Part shown: positions 60,914 through 64,000 of the stretch, in pieces
Numbering within the stretch: the first letter of the stretch is position 1
Layout: each line of letters opens with the position of its first letter
Source of the DNA: an uncultured Verrucomicrobiae bacterium
GTDB taxonomy: Bacteria; Verrucomicrobiota; Verrucomicrobiia; Chthoniobacterales; Terrimicrobiaceae
Assembly (NCBI GenBank): GCA_963706955.1
Contig: CAVPOC010000002.1
Coordinates: 64,001 to 128,000 of the forward strand
Direction of reading: 5' to 3'
DNA length: 64,000 bases
Made by a program: the position numbers and the translations under genes
The notes under the pieces: model-generated
Told to the model about the DNA's origin: nothing
Database searches by the model: none
The model's input: the letters and a program-made list of their open reading frames with translations, nothing else

Positions 60914-63895
60914 TCAGGCGGATCGTCCGCAGCAATTCTTAAACTTCTTCCCGCTGCCGCACGGACATGGTTCATTGCGGCCGACCTTGGGAACCTCCCG
61001 CCTGATAGGAAGTTCAATCTTCGGGACGGGCGGCTCCTCACTGTTCTCCACGAGCGGAGCAGCAGCCGGCTCCGGACGGGAGGAGAGCCCGGGAATGTCT
61101 GCCTGGATGAGATTCTGCGGCAGACTGCGAAGGAGAGTTTCGAAGGCTTGCAAGTTGGTGGTGCTCCGAAACAAGTTGTTGAGAACTTCGAGTTTGATGT
61201 TGTCCATCAACTCGCCAAACATGGAGAAAGCCTCATTCTTGTATTCGACGAGGGGATCTTTTTGTGCGAAGGCGCGCAGGTAAACAGCTTCGCGGAGCCC
61301 GTCCATGGCATAAAGATGCTCCTGCCAAAGCCGGTCAACAGCATTCAGGATGACGAAGCGCTCCAAGCCGCGGAGTGCTTCGGCATGTTCCATCGCCGCC
61401 TTCCGATTGTAAGCATCCTTGATCACCTGAAGGAGCCAATTGCTGTTCTCTTCGACGGTCCGCGATTGCAGATCCGCTTTCTTCGCCGTGAGACCAAGCG
61501 GAAAGGTCGTGTTTACCCAATTCAACAATCCCTCCCGATCAGGCTCTTCGCTGTCGGTTTGGCCAAGATATTCGCCGACCTTCTTTGGCACCATCTCGTC
61601 GATGACCTCAAAGACGAGCTCTCGCGGATTCTCTGAATCCATCACCTCCTGGCGATAGCCATAGATCACCTCGCGCTGTTGGTTCATGACATCGTCAAAC
61701 TCGAGCGTTCGCCGACGAATCATGTAGTTGCGCTGCTCGACCCGTTTTTGCGCGGTTTCGACGCTCTTGTTCAACCAAGGATGCTCGAGTTCTTCGCCCT
61801 CTTTCAGCCCAAAGGTCTCCATGATCTTGGTCATGCGGTCGCTCGCCCCAAAATTCCGCATGAGGTCGTCCTCAAAACTTACGTAAAAGCGTGACAGACC
61901 TGGATCGCCCTGCCGGGCACAACGGCCGCGCAGCTGGCGGTCGATGCGCCGGGCTTCGTGTCGCTCGGTGGCCAGGACGTAAAGGCCACCTAAGTCGGAG
62001 ACCCCTTGACCGAGTTTGATATCAGTGCCGCGCCCCGCCATGTTTGTCGAGATGGTCACCGAGCCTTTGAAGCCGGCGCGGGCGACAATCTCGGCCTCCT
62101 GCATGTGGAATTTCGCGTTCAGGACCGTGTGGGGGATTTTCTGCAGCTTGAGCATCCGGCTGAGCAACTCGCTCGCTTCGACACTGGCGGTGCCGACCAG
62201 CACCGGCTGACCTTTGCCGTGAGCATCTCTGATCGCCTCGATGACCGCCGTGTACTTTTCCCGTCTGGTCTTGTAGATGCGATCGTTCTCGTCGAGGCGA
62301 CGGACGGGTCGATTGGTAGGGATGACATTGACATCGAGGCGATAGATGTCGTGAAACTCATTGGCCTCGGTCTCGGCGGTGCCGGTCATACCCGCGAGCT
62401 TCTCGTAGAGACGAAAGTAGTTTTGGATGGTGATCGTCGCGAGAGTCTGAGTCTCGCGATCAATCTGGACACCCTCCTTCGCTTCGACCGCCTGATGCAG
62501 ACCATCACTCCACCGGCGGCCAGGCATTTTGCGGCCGGTGAAAGTATCGACAATGATCACCTTGTTTTCTTCGACGACATATTCGACATCCTTCTCGTAG
62601 AGGCAGTAGGCCTTGAGAAGCTGCGAGATGTTATGGATGCGCTCCGCTTGTGCGTCGCAGTATTGTTGCCGTGCTGCCTTTCGTTGCGCCTTTTCACCGT
62701 CATTGAGATCCGGCTTGTTATCGATGTCCGCGAACTCGGTGAGCAAATCCGGAAGCACAAAGGCATCGGGATCGTCAGGATTGAGAAAGTCGCGTCCTTT
62801 TTGGGTCAGGTCGGCATCGTGCTGGCGCTCCTCGATGGTGAAAAACAACTCTTCTTTGAGCTCCACAAGGGCCGCCTTCCCGTCGGTGTCTTTATAAAAC
62901 TCGAGTTCAGCCTTATCGACCAATTTGCGGAGCTCGGGATCTTCCATCATCCGCGAGAGACCTTTGTTCCGTGGTTGTCCAAGCTTCAGCTTAAACAAGA
63001 TGCGCCCGGCTTCGTCTCTCTTCCCACCATCATGGAGCTCCTTCGACTCGGTCGAGAGCCGATTGCAAAGCATGGTTTGCTTGCGGACGAGCTGTTCGAC
63101 AAGCGGTTTGAAGCGGTCGTATTGATGCGTCGAGATGGTCGCGGGGCCGCTGATGATCAGCGGCGTGCGTGCTTCATCGACCAAGATCGAATCCACTTCG
63201 TCGACAATGGCGTAGAAGTGCGATCGCTGCACCTGTTGGTCGCGGCTGGTGGCCATTCCGTTGTCTCGCAGGTAGTCGAAACCGAACTCGCTATTGGTCC
63301 CGTAAGTGATGTCGCACTGGTATTGCGCCCGGCGCAAATCTGGCGGCTGATCGTGCTGGATGATTCCAATGGTCAGTCCGAGAAATGCGTAGAGTTGGCC
63401 CATCCATTCCGCATCGCGGCGGGCGAGGTAGTCGTTGACGGTGACCACGTGAACGCCGCGTCCGCTGAGAGCGTTCAAATAGACCGGTGCAGTAGCCACC
63501 AACGTCTTTCCCTCGCCGGTCGCCATCTCAGCGATGCGGCCGCGATGCAGGACCACTCCGCCGATGAGTTGAACGTCGAAATGGACCATTTCCCAGGTCG
63601 TCGGCTGATCGCACACCGTAAAGGTGTGCTTTCGATCGGAAAGACGTCGAGCGCCCTGCTTAACTACCGCGAATGCTTCAGGCAAAATTTCCTGCAAGCG
63701 CGCCTCGAGAGCGTTTGAGTCGGTGATCGCCGAAAGCTCCTCTTTCCAAGCGGCGGTCTTGCCTCGCAGATCGTCGTCTGAAAGCTCACCCAGTCTCTGC
63801 TCGAACTCATTAATCTGATCGATAAGAGGCTGTATACGGCGCAGCTCGCGTTGATTTTTCGAGCCGACGATGGTCTTGAGAATCCAATTGAACAT
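60914..63895 (-). CDS. secA: Preprotein translocase subunit SecA
   Basis: [60 protein letters not shown] and [17 protein letters not shown] motifs. Confidence 0.98.
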   Translation of the reverse strand: MFNWILKTIVGSKNQRELRRIQPLIDQINEFEQRLGELSDDDLRGKTAAWKEELSAITDSNALEARLQEILPEAFAVVKQGARRLSDRKHTFTVCDQPTTWEMVHFDVQLIGGVVLHRGRIAEMATGEGKTLVATAPVYLNALSGRGVHVVTVNDYLARRDAEWMGQLYAFLGLTIGIIQHDQPPDLRRAQYQCDITYGTNSEFGFDYLRDNGMATSRDQQVQRSHFYAIVDEVDSILVDEARTPLIISGPATISTHQYDRFKPLVEQLVRKQTMLCNRLSTESKELHDGGKRDEAGRILFKLKLGQPRNKGLSRMMEDPELRKLVDKAELEFYKDTDGKAALVELKEELFFTIEERQHDADLTQKGRDFLNPDDPDAFVLPDLLTEFADIDNKPDLNDGEKAQRKAARQQYCDAQAERIHNISQLLKAYCLYEKDVEYVVEENKVIIVDTFTGRKMPGRRWSDGLHQAVEAKEGVQIDRETQTLATITIQNYFRLYEKLAGMTGTAETEANEFHDIYRLDVNVIPTNRPVRRLDENDRIYKTRREKYTAVIEAIRDAHGKGQPVLVGTASVEASELLSRMLKLQKIPHTVLNAKFHMQEAEIVARAGFKGSVTISTNMAGRGTDIKLGQGVSDLGGLYVLATERHEARRIDRQLRGRCARQGDPGLSRFYVSFEDDLMRNFGASDRMTKIMETFGLKEGEELEHPWLNKSVETAQKRVEQRNYMIRRRTLEFDDVMNQQREVIYGYRQEVMDSENPRELVFEVIDEMVPKKVGEYLGQTDSEEPDREGLLNWVNTTFPLGLTAKKADLQSRTVEENSNWLLQVIKDAYNRKAAMEHAEALRGLERFVILNAVDRLWQEHLYAMDGLREAVYLRAFAQKDPLVEYKNEAFSMFGELMDNIKLEVLNNLFRSTTNLQAFETLLRSLPQNLIQADIPGLSSRPEPAAAPLVENSEEPPVPKIELPIRREVPKVGRNEPCPCGSGKKFKNCCGRSA

Positions 63896-64000
63896 GAAAG
63901 CGATTCAAAAAACAATAGCCGAAGAGACTAAAAGTCCACCGCAATTCTGAGGAGACGCGTGCGTGTCGCCGCACCAAACTAGTAAGTCACGATAACCTCC

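Noticed and set aside
62006..63718. 570-aa plus-strand ORF (and similar long ORFs such as 20314..21354, 13104..14141)
   Set aside because: Antisense shadows of secA, dnaA and purF caused by GC-rich codon bias. No motifs.

Overview
This is a GC-rich bacterial chromosomal window around the replication genes. Gene content and repeat types suggest Verrucomicrobia (Chthoniobacterales-like); that is an inference, not a database result. Bases 1-23.2 kb are housekeeping: efp (partial), kdsD, beta-carbonic anhydrase, yjbQ, parB, ppk1, lysA, an alpha-E/ATP-grasp pair, purF-purM, argA, an SSS transporter, dnaA-dnaN and tRNA-Thr(TGT). Bases 23.2-45.3 kb are a ~22 kb island bounded by a duplication of the tRNA-Thr 3' end. 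It is mostly gene debris (integrase, UvrD, LigD, phage-like HTH, DUF1254, HupE fragments) plus intact cargo: S41 peptidase, kinase-STAND-TPR, AKR, acyl-CoA ligase with a ThDP enzyme, and an alpha/beta hydrolase. Bases 45.3-56.3 kb hold a kinase-cNMP protein, P1B ATPase, ABC ATPase, trmL, SPFH/Zn-ribbon pair and LytS/LytTR pair. The most interesting locus (56.5-60.6 kb) is RiPP-like: an S8 protease, a precursor-like protein with a twin-arginine/lasso-type WxxPxIxxxG leader and His/Trp/Asp/Lys hexapeptide repeats, a PqqD/RRE, an HPr-kinase-like enzyme and an NTP_transf_5-like nucleotidyltransferase. It has no lasso cyclase or B2 protease and appears cut on the right by gene debris. secA ends the window. 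Many single-base frameshifts, including in housekeeping genes, suggest uncorrected assembly indels. All family calls come from motif recognition by eye; no searches were run.
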